Assembly: GCF_964355755.1 (NCBI RefSeq)
Contig: NC_092672.1
Span: 12,028,001 to 12,092,000, forward strand
Reading direction: 5' to 3'
Length of the DNA stretch: 64,000 bases
DNA from: Antedon mediterranea
Taxonomy: Eukaryota > Animalia > Echinodermata
Numbering within the stretch: the first letter of the stretch is position 1; the number at the start of each line of letters is the position of its first letter. This document shows positions 12,801-27,800 of the stretch, one piece after another. The notes beneath the pieces are model-generated. The model worked only from the letters and a program-made list of their open reading frames with translations, was not told where the DNA came from and ran no database searches. The translations under genes and the position numbers were made by a program.

Positions 12801-15800
12801 GTTACAATGATGAATTGGCCCTGTCGAATCTCTGCTTAAAACTGTCAATATCTAATTGTTTTACGATGGGAACAGTCACAAAATTAAGCTAAGGGTTTTC
12901 TTTAGGGATTCTATTATAAACTAAATGGTCATTAAAACATCTGGACAAACTCTCCTTTGGACTTTCTGGGTCAAGTTTGTGAACCTATTTGAATTCCGAT
13001 ACAAAGGTCAATTTCTTAAATATAAAAGTATATCGTTATATCACAATGCGTTACCAACGCGGCTTTCCGACTGTTTAGGGGGCCTAGCGCTTTCTTGTCA
13101 CACTAGGAAGTGCGTGGTTCGTCGCGATCATACTTTGTTGGATGCCTAGAAAATATGAAAGTTACCGTACCGCCATGGTTCCTAAATATATTTTGAAGAT
13201 TTTGTTTGTTGTTAATCAAAAGTACTTCACTGTTAAATTAATACTGATCTTTTTCTAATAATTAACGATTAAAATTATTTTTCATGTATATAGTCCTGAT
13301 GCGTAAAAAGTTTTGTAAGAAAATGGAAAGTGATATCAATGCGCAAAATTTCGTCTGCTCCTCAAATACTCTCTTGTCATTGGCCAATGTTTAGCCTTTG
13401 TTACCCAGACGTGTGCAACTCGACTAAAAACTCTACTTCATTAAGTCGAACTGCAAACTTCGACTACTTCGATTTTGAATCGAATTTGAAGTAATAGCTC
13501 GAACTACGACTTTTTCAAGTCGAACTTTGAACTACGACTAAAGTCCGGTTTAAGAATACGGGCGTAAGTGTGTAACTGTATACAAATACTCTAGTGTATA
13601 ATGTTAAAGTATAAAAACCTATATCAAAATTAATTAAAAATAATAATATTGATGTCATTGTACTAGATTTACTAGGCCTAAATAAAAAAGGATAAAAATA
13701 AAATCATGCATTTACAAATACAATTTATAGTCCATGGGCCGGAGGGGGTTACCGTGCACTCCCACCCCCCCCCCCCCACAGTTAAACTTCTTTGGTATCA
13801 TTTTCTTTCCACGGACATATAGAGTGAAAAAATCGATGTTAACAAGAAAAATATAGGGATGCATTGTATATACTTGCGTCATTTGTAATGATCATCAGTG
13901 TTTTATCTTCTTCTTCTGGGGTAGGGGGTAACAATTATCTCAATAACCCAAGAATCCAACACCTAATTAGTATTATCTTGGTACCATTGTGTAGCATACA
14001 TCTTTTAAAATCTTATAAAATTTAAATAAAATTTATCGGACTATTAGTAGGGTCAGTAGAGGTCAAAAGGTCATTGACCTTTTACAAAAATGCACATTTT
14101 TGCTAAAATATAGATAAATTTCAACATAGTATCTATAATTTTCAATATGTTTTATCTTAATTGTGTTTTACTTGTGCTTACTGACATATTGAATAAGAAA
14201 ATATATGTTAACAAGATTAAAATTGCAGTTCATTATACACAAATTATCATTTTTTATTCTTAAAAATTGCAATAAAAATACATTTTTTGGGGTAGGGTGT
14301 AACATTAATAGCAATAACCCAAGAATCAAACATCTAATTAGTATGATCTTGGTGTCGTTGTGTAGCATTCGTGTTTTTTAATCATATAGAATTTAATAAA
14401 ATTAATTGAACCATGTTTAAGGTCAGTAGAGGTCAGAAAAGTCACTGACCTTTTGCAAAATTGCAAATATTTGCCATAATGAGATACATTTCAATATCAA
14501 ATCTCCAATTTTTTCAATACTTTTCATTTTAATTGTGTTTTATTTGTGTTTACTGACATTGAATAACAAAATGTGTGTTAACATGAAAAAAATTGCAGTG
14601 CATTAATACCATTGTAATGTAATTTTATTATTCTTCAAAATTGCAATAGAAAGACATTTTTCGGGTAGGGGGTAGCATTAATACCAATAACCCAAGAATC
14701 AAACATCTAATTAGTACGATCTTGGTATCGATGTGTAGTATATATGTTTTTTTAATCATTTTTTATTGCAATTTATCTATATTTTGGGAAAAATTTGCAT
14801 TTTGCAAAAGGTCAATGACCTCTTGACCTCTACTGACCTTAATAATCTTCCGATTAATTTTATTTAAATTTTAAAAGATTTTAAAAGATATATACTACAC
14901 AATGTTACTAAGATAATACTAATTAGATGTTGGATTCTTGAGTTATTAGGATAAATGTTACCCCCTACCCCAAAAAATATTTGAAGATAAAACACTGATG
15001 ATCATTACAAATGACGCAAGTACATACAATGCATCCCTATATTTTTCTTGTTAACATCGATTTGTTTACTCTATATGTCCATGGAAAGAAAATGATACCA
15101 AAGAAGTTTAACTGTGGGGGGGGGGGGGGGGTGCACGGTAACCCCCTCCAGCCCATGGACTATTAGTTTATGTTTCGGCTATAGCTACAATTAGGTAAGT
15201 AAAATTATTTCTTAATGAAGATGGAAGTGCATCCCATAAACAACATAATGAATTAACAATAATAGTCGTGAACTTACTGTGGTTAAATCTTGCGGATTAG
15301 CTGGTTCATCCAAGTTAGCACACGCTCGTGATGTAGCTGGTTCATCCAAGTTATCACATGCATTAAACGCAACACAGTACGATACTCTATTTGTGAGAAA
15401 GAACTAAACAAACCAAAGTTGATAATAATAACTGTTTTTCTATACTCCAATAAATTCATCGGGGATGTCTTAGTCGATACATGTATACCATTTAAGCAAA
15501 CATGTTATACTACCAAAACGTACTATCACTATGATCAATCCCATTATTTTCTTTAACTTATGAAACAAAAACATGGACAAAAGCAATGTCTAATTTAAAT
15601 ATGAATCAAATTCAACTTAAAATAGCATTTAAATAGAACATATACGTGAATAAGCAAATGAAAAGAATGAAAGCCATTTCAGTTTATTTAGTGCGTAATC
15701 TTTAAGTTTGTGAGCATGAGGAAATACATATATTTTCATATGTCTAAGACAATTTTACAGAATAATAAACAACAAGATACGAACATACCCTATGCGTTAT

Positions 15801-18800
15801 GTAGTAGTCCAGCTGACCTGCGTAGTCCCATATAGTAGTTACGTCACTTGAAATACTTTCTGAATCATCACTTTTTCTTTTTACAAATTTCCTATACATT
15901 TTTCTCAGCCAGCTTTTTTTCTGTCTCTTCTTTTTTATTTTAGCAACAACTTTTCTTTGAATTGAGTCGGGAAGAATTGTCTGATTATCTTTTGGTTGAC
16001 TCTCTAAATTCAAATAATTACTACAAATCAATGGAGTGGATGTTGACAGATGTATCAATTAAAAAGAAATTAAATACGCATGTATTGCATTAAATGGACT
16101 GATCTGATTTGTTGTGAGGTAGACATAGTGAATATATAATGGATATTAAGAAAGTGTACAACAAAATGGATAAAAATCAGTCAGAAGCTGGCTTATGAAG
16201 AGGGGGAAGTATTTTTCTAAACAGCTCGGATTTTAATAAGCCTTCCCCGAAAGACAACACAAGTTTGTTTCTTCTCTCTACAAGAGTAGGTAAACCAGTA
16301 ACAGACAATGCATAATCATAGCACAAATAGTTGTTACCTAGCATGATACGCAATGCTCTCTTTTGTACCTTTTCAATAGACTTGGACATGTCCTTAGTGA
16401 TAGCCCCATGCCAAACAGGGGCAGCATATTCTAAAATAGGTCTTATATACGCCATATAAACAGTCAACAGATCATTAATTAAGATTCCTGTTTTCTTCAA
16501 AATGCACAAGGAAAATAAACGTCTAGAAGCTCTAGACACAATATTATTAGTGTTAAGTTCCCATTTCAGGTCATTTTGAATGATTACACCAAGAAGCGTC
16601 ATGTGATCAACTACTTGTAAAATGGAACCACTCAGACTAAAAGAAGGCGATATAATATCATCCGACTTGTCCTTAAGAAAATTGACAACCAAGATATGGC
16701 ATTTGGAGGGTTTGGGTATCATATCTTTTCTACGGGCTTCTAAAACCTGTTCATTAAATCACGTATACAAAACAGGTTTTCCGACGTCATTTCTCAACTA
16801 ATAGAAATAAGTTTTATATCATTTTCATAAATATTCATTTAGAAATCTAATTCCGCTTCAACCAGCGAAATCAAAACAGTAGTCTTCCAATTACAATGGT
16901 TTGAACTACATGCACCCTACAAAGTATGAGTGGCTACACTATAAAAAGGCAGCAAAATTGTGATTAAAAACTGGATTTTTCAGATGAGATAACATAATTT
17001 AAGTGATGTGATTTATGAAATAAAATGAAGCTTTCATTTCTACACATTTTACTGTTTCAAACAGGTAAATCCGACCAGGTATATTAGTGGAGAAAACTTT
17101 TAAAAAAACATGCTAAAAAGGATAATGTTTGCACAATTTGGCCGCGTTTCAAGTTGCACAGCGTGCGTCACATAACAGAATAAAATTGATAATTAGAATT
17201 GTGTACCAGAGCACAGGACAATCATTTATTTACCTGTATAAAATTCACTGTTGATACTAGTAGCATTATTAATACTAGTACTAGTAGCACTACTATTATT
17301 AATACTAGTAGCACTACTACTACTATTAATAATTCGCAACTTTTATTTACCCTTCACAAAGACTAAAAAATAATCTATAATAATAATAATATCATAATAA
17401 TAATCTTTTTTTATCTTCAAATTAATCTGGTGATATTCGCGTGATGTTATAGTATAGTGAATAAAATGCGAAACGACAGAACATTATTTATGCAACATTG
17501 CCAGATGCATGATCGTCAATACTTTTATATACTTCTGTTTATTCAAACACATTAATAAATAATAATTATTCAAACCTTCCACTGAAGACATAGAGTCAGA
17601 GGATATAGAACCTTCGGAATCAGATATCGAAGAAGTTGAAACTGCACCCTGTAAATGGTGTTTGGTTTCAGTTGACGTATTTTTTTCCATCTGTGTTGTG
17701 ATTTGTTCAGGCGTTTTCGGGGATGTTCCTGCAGGTCATTCAAATATATTTTTGAGACAATCTATTAAGGTGGCTAACATTTCATTATTAAGTCTGCTTG
17801 ATTGCATTATATATCACCAATACACTTTGTTTAGTAAACATTAAAAATACACTTATAATAAAAAATGTAGTAAATATTCATCATACCTGTTTTGTCTAGA
17901 TCCATGGAAGAGATTGTTGATGATTCCTGTATGGACTGAGATTTAGATGTTGACATATCTGTCCTTCCTTCACCTTCATGCATTTCTTTCTTTGTAACAT
18001 GTGTTGCAATTTTTTCTGAAAGTGCATCTTCCCGTATGTTCTTGTTGAGCACCATGACTGTAAAAAGGAAACTACAATGTAAGGTAAAACAGTTGAGCAG
18101 TTACAGAGTTACACAGACTAATTAATAGACTAAAATTAGAGAAATCAGATATCTATCTAGAATGGCTAAATCAGATAAGTAGGTTTGAGTAGAACAATAA
18201 TAGGTAATATCCCTTTTTTTTTAATTCTTACCGTCAATATCCTCCTTCTTCCACTTGTTAAAGTCTTTCCCAATTGTTTGAAATACTGTCGTTGTGACAA
18301 CAATGCCATTCGTAGATGGTTCGTTGGATTTAAATCTATAACAATGTTTAATAACCCCAAAAGGTTAAATTATTTATAAGAAAGTAGAATGTATCCAATA
18401 GCTCTACTTTATTACGTACTAAAATTACAATGAAATAAGCAAATACGTCATACATGAAGATATTTTAACAAACCTGCCAACCCTAATAATAAGGCCAGGC
18501 TACATTTGACGGGATGACAAAGTAGAACTGACAATGTAGGAATTCATTACTAGCGCCAAGTTTATTAGCGAAGAAGATAACAGATTAACAACATAGTGTA
18601 AGGATATTGAAATTGCAAAAAAAAATTAAAAAAAATAGAAAAAAGAAAAAGAAAAATAAGCGACTCAATACAAATTATCTAAAAGCACATAATCCAGTAG
18701 GCCGATTTATTATTACTAGTATATGAATGAAAAATTGTTAACGTTAAAAGACAAAACTTTACTGCAAGTATCGACAAGATTTAAAATAAATGAGTATCTT

Positions 18801-21800
18801 AACTTTATTATTTTTTTTTTGTTATGGGAATTATTGAAGGAAGACAAACATTAAAATTAAAAATGTGTATGTAACTATAAAATGAAGAGAGTAAAGAATG
18901 TACTGATGAAATTCATAGTATATTTTATTGGTGACGTTTAAATAACATCTTATTACCTTTCTCCAAGCATAGCTTTTACACAGCTAGTTTTGCCAGCACC
19001 TTCTTTCCCGAGAAACATACATCTTGAATTTACAACTGCAATCTCACCATTTTCAAGTTCATTTTGAAATGTTTTAATTGCAAGCTCACCTCGTGCTAAT
19101 ATCTCTACTGGAACTAAATTACAATTAAATAAATAATGTAAGATATACAAAAATACTGTATACATACATACGTTTTACACTAAAAAAAGTATAAGGAATA
19201 ATTCATCACATTCACATCACATGAAAGCCTAGTACAAAGTGAAACGTGTCATTGGTGATTAATATTCACATGATGCAAAACTCAATCTAAATACATTGAT
19301 AAAAACTTAACTTACTGTCAAGTAACTTTAACATATTTTGCTTATCTTCTTTTTCTATACGGTAATTGCTCTTTAAAACAGATGTTGGTGTTTGTCCTCG
19401 CTATAAAAATTTTAATATCCACTGTTACTTAAGTACTAACTATTGACATACTACTTCAAATCCTAACAACAAAATGTTCATAGGTCGGGAATATTAATTT
19501 CGAACAAACACACCAGCATACAACACTTATAACTATATTGAAAACATTCTTTTTTCCAAACCAATAATTAGTAAAAACTAACCTTGACAGTTTATTGGTT
19601 TGGAAAAAAGAATATTTTCAATATACTTATACCTACAAACCAGATGAACATTTTCAATCAACACTTATAACTGTTTAACTTTTTTTAGTAGGATTGAATG
19701 TTACACTTTAACAATAAATTAAAAACAATAATTATATAATAGGATGATCGGTACTGATAGAATTTTACCACCTTCCAGATTATTGACTTTAAACAACCAG
19801 TGTTGCAAATAGATTACACCATGGAAAACCGTTAGTGTTAAAGAAAAAATGACGAATTGTTCCTTCTTACGATCATCTTTGACCCATCACGATGACGATT
19901 ACGGTGTGCATAAGTCAACAAAGTGTTCACAAAATGTAGATTGGTATTATTTACGGTTATTAATAAGTGTGCTATTATTTCTTGTTAATCTGTATATTTC
20001 ATCAATCTTCATATTTCTTTTTTTTTATTATAGTAACCATAGCGAAATTATTTTTCACTACACTGATATACTACGCCTTATAATGATTATATTATAATTA
20101 TTTGTTTACCATTATAGATGTGCAAAAACCAATTTAGAATAATATTATTGTCTATTTATGGTATGTTGATTTTGTACTAATACGTGCAGATGTGATAGCA
20201 ATGAAAACAATTTCAAAGTATTAATTTAAGCGTTTAATCTAAAATGCGTCAGATACATGATGTTTAAAATTACTTTTATTTAAATAATAATTATAATTAA
20301 TATTTTGTTTAACAATTAAACAGACATTAAACAAATATGGTTTCTTTATACAGAAATGATTAAACTTAACGTGTAGTGTACTAATACGATTTATAATGTT
20401 ATTAATTATAAAAAATATTGTAAAATTCAATGTATACTATCGACGGTACCTTGTTTGTTGCTGTGACTGATGCACCTTGAGCTATAAGACTATTTACTGT
20501 CTCTAAATTAGCATGTTGATGCCTTAAGTGTACATGTAGCGGTGTGTCTCCATCCTGTACAGCAAAAAAGTTAGATTAGACTAAATTAGATTAGAATAAA
20601 TGGTCGTCACATTGTATGTCTCAAAAATCAGGTGGCTGTGGGTGTACAGAAATTAATTATGATTGTCATTATATAATATATTCATGTTACTCTACATTCA
20701 TTTAGCATTTCATATAGTGGTTGTAACTGATATCGGGACAAAACCACCTGATAATAAGCGAACAATACAACTTGCTGTTTTTAACTAATAGGTGCACGAT
20801 GTGTGGCAATTAACACGGTGAAAGCATTATTTGTTCTTGTTTAGTGTAAAATGTGTCAGCTACATGATGTTTAAATATTGTAAATTTATTTACTTTGATA
20901 ATAATTATAATTTTAGTTTTCACTGTTTATACTGGAGATGAAATGTTAACTTGGAAACAAAATACTCAATGTATTAGTAAAAATATTGGATATAAAATAA
21001 CAATGCTAGGTAAAATGGCTAGTAGTTTAAGTAAACCGTTACTTGAAACTCTATATATAAGTACAATTCAGCCTTGTAGTGATTATGCTATAACAGTCTG
21101 GGGAAATACGACAGAGTTAAACAAAAATATTTTAAAGCGACATCAAAAAAGAGCTGCTCGAATTGTAACTAACAACTTCGATTATATTAATGTAAGGGGT
21201 GACAACATCATCCAGAACCTATCGTGGCAAACTCTTGAAGAGAAACGAGATTTCTCCCTAGCATGCCTAATGTATAAATGTGTTTACGGCCTTGCACCAA
21301 TTAGATTAGTAAATGAAATTGAATTGATTCGCGATATTCACACCCACTTAACACGTATAGTAGAAAATTTGAATGTAACAATACCTAAATACACCCTTAG
21401 TAAAATGAATTCGTCCTTTAAAGTTGCAGGCGCAAAAATATGGAACAATTTACCAATTAATATTAAATCGGCACCAACAATTACGTCCTTTAAGGCTAGA
21501 TACAAATCTCATTTCTTTTCATAAAAAAAACTGACATGTATTATATTTAATTAAGTTTCTCTTTTGTATATTTTTATTAAGACAGGACCACAATGTAAAA
21601 CAGATACACTGTTATCTGATTGTTTTTATCCTGTATAAATATATTATTTATTATTATTATTATTAAAATTATCTTGTAACAAACTGTTTTACATTATATA
21701 ATCACATATACAAATAAACTTTATTACTGACAGTTGCTTCCTAACGTTTGTATAAATTAATTACAAAACATATCGTGTACATGGTGTATCGTTATATGTA

Positions 21801-24800
21801 CTTTACTATTTCAATCGACTATGCCACAGTGACAGTTTCAACAAAGTATTAAATCGCAAATGTTTTACTGTGTTTAGTGGTATATTATTTGTAAACCATA
21901 AACAAATTAATATTTCGTTACTGAATGGATAAAAATATATTTAAAAAATGTTCCTCTTTGCACCCTCTTCAATCCCTCAGCCATAATGTTACATACAAAA
22001 CACAATTTGAGTTTGTTTAAATTTGAAAAAAACATTTGACTCATGTTGTGACAAAATGTCAACAGTAGCTTGCGGAGAAGAATATCATGCGATATGTTAT
22101 TGAACGCACGGATGAAATCCAAAGTAATAATGTCAACGGCTGGCGTTTTCTAATCAAGTGCACGTAACCAGTCAGTAGTTGCTGACACCAAGACTTGGGT
22201 ACAGGATCGACCAGGAAGAAAACCTTGTTGGTGACTTGCCAATAGGCTGTTACTTTGGCAGTGGTTAAGATTTGTTGGAAAACAAATTTTACACATCACC
22301 AACATAAGAGGGACTGGACGATAATTAGTTGCATGCTCCTGTCACCTTTTTTGGATACAAAATTTGCACGCTACCACATAGTAGGGAATATACCACATAA
22401 AGCGATTGATGAAACAAGTTTGTAATAGCTGAAATAATTACAGCATGTGAATGCTCAAACCATCAGGACCAGGAGCTTTATTTGCTGTGAAGTTTTTAAT
22501 AGCAGACTCCACATGACAACGTAAAACAGGAAAACCGGCAATAGATGGAATGTCCAAAGTTGGTGAAGTGAGGCTCACATCATTAGGAGAATTCTCCGAC
22601 GTGGGGGCCGTACGCGCGAAAGAGAACAAATAGATGCGTACACACTGTTTAATAGGCTAGAGCAACTGTTTCCATTACATTTAATAACAATGTCACATAA
22701 TGTAAATTTAAATAAATCCTTCCTAAATACTCTAATACGGATCTTTTTCGACGAACTAATAATAAACTTTGATCGAAAAACACTTCAAACGAAATGAACA
22801 TTTGGTAATGCGGAACTCCGAAAATGCCTCGATAGTGCATGTGTTTAGTGTACGACTGTGCTTTGGTGGTCTGTTAACCTCAGATATATATAGCCGGGTG
22901 AATAACTCAATGTAATTTAGTATACAATGATTGCCATAATCGCTGTGTCTATAACACAAATCAATAAAATGCCAAATACGCCACACACGTTTTTTTCGGC
23001 CGTGTACATAGAATAAGACATTTCATGTTTATGTTATGCCTATGAAATAATAATAAAAGAACATCATGTTTCTCTTTTTTTTTATCGTTTATACTGCATA
23101 CCATTATATAAACAAGAATATTTCTTACAAAAAACGCTGCTGGCTTATTGTTATTGCTAAGGTCAAGTCTGGGGGTTACTTCATCACGCCTAGATACTTC
23201 AAGTATCCTATTACAAACAAAAACTTCAATGGACTGTTTTGATAATAATTCAATGATTATCTGACAGCGAATTATAGTAATATCATGGGACTCATAAATA
23301 CCAGAAATGATTTTGGATTTGTCGTTAGACTTCTTTCCCAGAGGTTTTTCGGATTCAACAGGTGGTACCTATAAATTATAGTCGAGAATCATTTTTTGCA
23401 AAAATGTCAGTGTCTAGTACTATAACTGCTGCTTGCTTTATATCTGAATGATTTATCTCTTGTGACGTAGCGGGCTAGAGCAGCAGCGTGAACACATTCA
23501 TACGCGAGAAAAAAGTTCACGATATTACACTCCACTCTGTACAGGGGCTAACGCTTGCACACGGTCCAGGGCGGAAAATGGTGTATTTTTAGAGAGTGAT
23601 GATGTCAGCATTCACACGTGAAGCGACCTAAGACAACATGATGCTGGTAGTGGGAGTGCATGTGTTTTGAAAATAACTCAGTTGTGGGTATTTTCCGAAG
23701 ATTTTAAATCGCATTTTCTTTTTAAACTCTTGAATTCATAAATAGTAATTAAACTCTAAGCTCACTATGTAGGCCTATTTACACAACTATAGCTCTAGCC
23801 TACTCTTCTTAATTAAAAGAGTCAAGTGCGTCGAATCCGTGTCTAGCTACGGTCGTGGGTTTGGTGCATCTTTTTTTTCCCTTTAGAATTAGGGGGGTTG
23901 GCTAGCCATCCTATTCACCCCCCTAGATCGAGATTTATGCGCGAAAAGAAACGTGACCAGACCCTGTTTTATGGTTCGGGCCAACCACTTCCTTTTCCCA
24001 ATCGAACCCCCACCCCAACTCCTTTAATCGACAGCGAAATATATGCGGTACACAAATGGTTATTGGTAAATTAAAACAATTCGTAAACTCAACCGTGAGA
24101 ACATAACTCGTACCTTTATCCCTGTATGAACGTACGTCGATGCGTAGTTGCAAATGAATTTCCGATTTTCGCCTGGAATCTGGAAAATACACATTTTGGT
24201 TCCTGGATGTACTGTAATATGATACAGCCCAGATATGTCGACGTGTATACTGTAGATTTTTTTTTTCGTACATAAGTTGGGGAACCCTCATGACACGTCA
24301 CAAAATAAATATGAATAATTCTTCTTCTTTCCCTTTTCAGGGAATTTATTGGTTCAAAGTATATTGGCCTTTGGCCCTAATACAAACAAATACAAATTAA
24401 CTATAACTTAAGATAATGGTTTCTTCTTTCAAAAGCAAAGTAGACGTATTTTCCTAAATTATAAGTAAAATTTGTGTTGGAAAGTAATAAACAAAGCTTA
24501 TTAATAGAAGGAAAAACACGAATAAATCTTGGAATAAAACTTTTTCTTAAATCATTGTAAAATGTGCATTGCAAAATAAAATGATATTCATCCTCAACAA
24601 TGTTCTTTTTACATAATTTACACGTTCTCTTATATGAATAATTCATCAGTTAAATTTGTTGTTCCGTGTGCACCCAAGCGTATAGACACAAGAAGTGATT
24701 ATACAACTGCGATACGATTCTTTCTACAGTAGGCCTAGGATTCTAGGTCAACTGCGATACGATTCTTTCTACAGTAGGCCTAGGATTCTAGGTCAATTCA

Positions 24801-27800
24801 CGTGATTGCCTTCGCGCACTCTTTTTCACACACACACACCATACTATGCAAAATGTGTCGAGGCTAATCGACAGCTAGGCAAGACATTAACTAAGTAGTA
24901 ATTGGACATAGCGCAAAGAAAGCTTAGACCCACAAGAATAAAGAATGTGTATAATTTGTGTACTGAAATTTTTAATTCTGCTCATTTATTATCAAACAAT
25001 ATGCATGTACTCAAAGGAACTTTAAAAATGCGCGTATATGAGCACATGGGATGTGAAAATTATACCCACGAGAATAAAAAATGTACTTTTGTGTAATGTT
25101 ATAATTGTTTAATTTCCTGACTTATTACTCGGACTGTGTCATACCTAACACACACACATCACACACACCCACACAGCTACTACTAGAATAGACATGGGTT
25201 TAGAGACTAATAATTAGGCCTAATATGTAATTATTTAGTAATAATTATATTAAAAACACCATAATCTAGAAAGCCACTCCGAAAGGGCATACCTCCGCCT
25301 ACTGTAAAATTCTCCTACATGAGATTTCTCCGGTAAAAAAAAAAATATATATATAATTATTTGTGTGTGTCTTAATGCTGTTTGTGATTTAGGCTAATTT
25401 CATTACAAGCATGTGTATGCGAGTTTGGTGTAATGGTTATGTAACAAGCCTTTCAATTAACAATAGCTTCAGTTGACTAACAATAGAACAGCAACGAGAA
25501 AATCAAACGAGTGAATTTGAAAAGAAATAGGTTTTTTAAACTACTCGCATCAAAAAATGTGCACATTAAATCAAATTATGTTTTAAAATTACAAATCACA
25601 AATTATAACTCTTGCCTCTTGTTCAAAAATTTAGTTTTTTGGACAAGTAGTTCTCGAGAAAATGCAATTTCAGTACACTTGTTACTTTAAGACTGCTCGC
25701 CGGCTTTTGAAAATTGTCTCCTATCTTTTAACACTAGCCGGTCTGAAAATAATACCATTTTTGTTATTTGTGAAGTTATTAATAAACAAATTTTGTTGAT
25801 TTTCAATAGGCATGGTCTGAAAGTAAATACCTATCTACACCCAAAAATTCAGAAAGATAATTTGAAAACTGTAGGGAGGCGCTATCGTGCTAACAAACAA
25901 ACAAACAAACATACATACATACATACAAACATACAAACAAAGTGAATACTATACTTGGCAAAATTCTTTTTTGCCAAGTAACAAACACACGCTACCGATT
26001 ACATATACCTCCTTGGCGGAGGTAAACTAAAGGCTGATTATTTCGACAATCCACACAAAACGCCGCTATTCTTTTATGAAATCCCACGCGGCAACCACAG
26101 CGGAGATAGGCCTAGAATCGTACCGCACTTGTGTAATCATTTCTTGTTGCTATACGCTTGGGTGCACACGGAACAAGACAATTTAACTGATGAATTATTC
26201 ATGTTTAGTTTGTGACGTTTCATGAGGGGATCCCCAACTTATGTACAAAAAAAAAAATCGCGGCCGGGCCCTGAAAGATTCGTACAAAGATACACCGTGC
26301 GTACCACATACTGTTTACTTCGCTGTCAGTGTATCGTACGTACGTCAAAAATGGAATGCCGCAGTTACTTAAAATATATAGTAGTAGGCCTACACTTAAT
26401 ATGGTTTTATTTTTTACCAGAAAAGAAATAATATTCCAGCTTTCCATGACGGGGTGGGGGCCCCTGGCGCCACCACTGGAACCCGTTTCTTAAGAATAAG
26501 TCTATGAAACGCAAGCAAAATCCAGGGTTTGTGTTACAACCGCTAATGTAGAAAACGACAGCTAATGTCGAAACCTCCAGCTAATGTAGAAACACTAACA
26601 GCTAATCTAGACGTAAAATAATACAAAATCAACATCAACATAGTTATTTCCTAGTATCCCCAAAAGGCTTTTATGAAATCCTAGAATTAATCAAAGACGA
26701 TATCGCATAAGAAAATACCCAATTTAGACCAAGTATTTCTATCGAACAAAGGCTGGCAGTATGCTTGAGATACGTACTTTCAATTCCTAAAAAAAAAATA
26801 CTTTATAGGCCTAGTATACACTGTCGGCCTATGATACTAGGAAAAACTCACATGGTGTACGGTAGCTAGTTTAGTAAGTGCTAATGACATGCAACACAGT
26901 CACAGTGTCATTACCGTAGCTGAGCATATACCCGAGTCTTAACTCAATTAAGTTTCGACTCGTCTTGTGTCGCTAATAAGCAATGAAAATGAAATATTTA
27001 ATTGACATTTATTTATAACTGTTTAATAAAAAGCATAACATAGGCCTAATTCAAAAAGAATGTAAGAAATGCAATATAAAAGAAATATTTAGTGAAAAAT
27101 GTCTTTGACAGAGGTCTGGATCTGGATCATTATACTCAAATAAAGCAGGAAAACTGCATCACACTAGAGTTAAGATGACCCGACCTTTTTTCTTTTGGGT
27201 AAAGCTTCACACTGACAACAGTTCCTGTTATGAGATTAATCTATAGCATTATTGTTATGTTTAATTATCAGGTTCTTGGCCACCAGGGATTCCTATAAAA
27301 CTATAGGTTTCAGTTTCCGTATGGGAAAGGCTACCGTGTCAACCATTGTAAACGAAGTTTGCTTAAGTCTCTGGAGGCGTCTCCAACCTATATATATGTC
27401 ATCACCGAGTGAACAACAATGGAGGCAGATTGCCGAAAGTTTTAATAGGCGATGGCAATACCCAAACTGCATAGGGGCAATTGACGGAAAGCATATATAC
27501 ATCAAAGCCCCTAACAAGTCAGGCAGTTTGTTTTTCAATTACAAGGGGTCGTTTTCTATCGTTTTGTTGGCCCTTGTAGATGCAGACTACTGTTTTACCG
27601 CAGTCGATATAGGAGCATACGGATCAAATAGGTAATGTTTAATTATGAATTATGTTCTTTAAACCATGTATGAGTATTTTTATATTAGTTCCTACTTAGT
27701 ACCTGTAAACAACTTTAAGATTAACTAGAGGGTGAGCTCGCTTCGCTCGCTCCCCCTCTAGGAAGTGTAGACGATGGTTCTCGGAATGATAATGTTCTCC

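Larger units (their letters stand above)
4588..13045 (-). mobile_element. Full-length Ty3/Gypsy LTR retrotransposon
   Basis: Two TG...CA LTRs, ATGC 4-bp TSD (4584-4587, 13046-13049), PBS, PPT, gag-PR-RT-RH-IN order. Confidence 0.97.
1510..13564. mobile_element. Non-autonomous PIF/Harbinger-like DNA transposon (~3.6 kb of its own), split by the Gypsy element
   Basis: ~35-bp TIRs cgcccgtattcttaaacc.gactttagtcgtagt; TAA on both flanks (1507-1509, 13565-13567); subterminal cgact repeats. Confidence 0.85.
24253..26261. mobile_element. Long-TIR MITE (same family as 55604-56538) carrying two nested insertions
   Basis: TIR gatttttttttcgtacataagttgggga.ccctcatga; body matches the second copy; TSD not intact. 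Confidence 0.85.
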
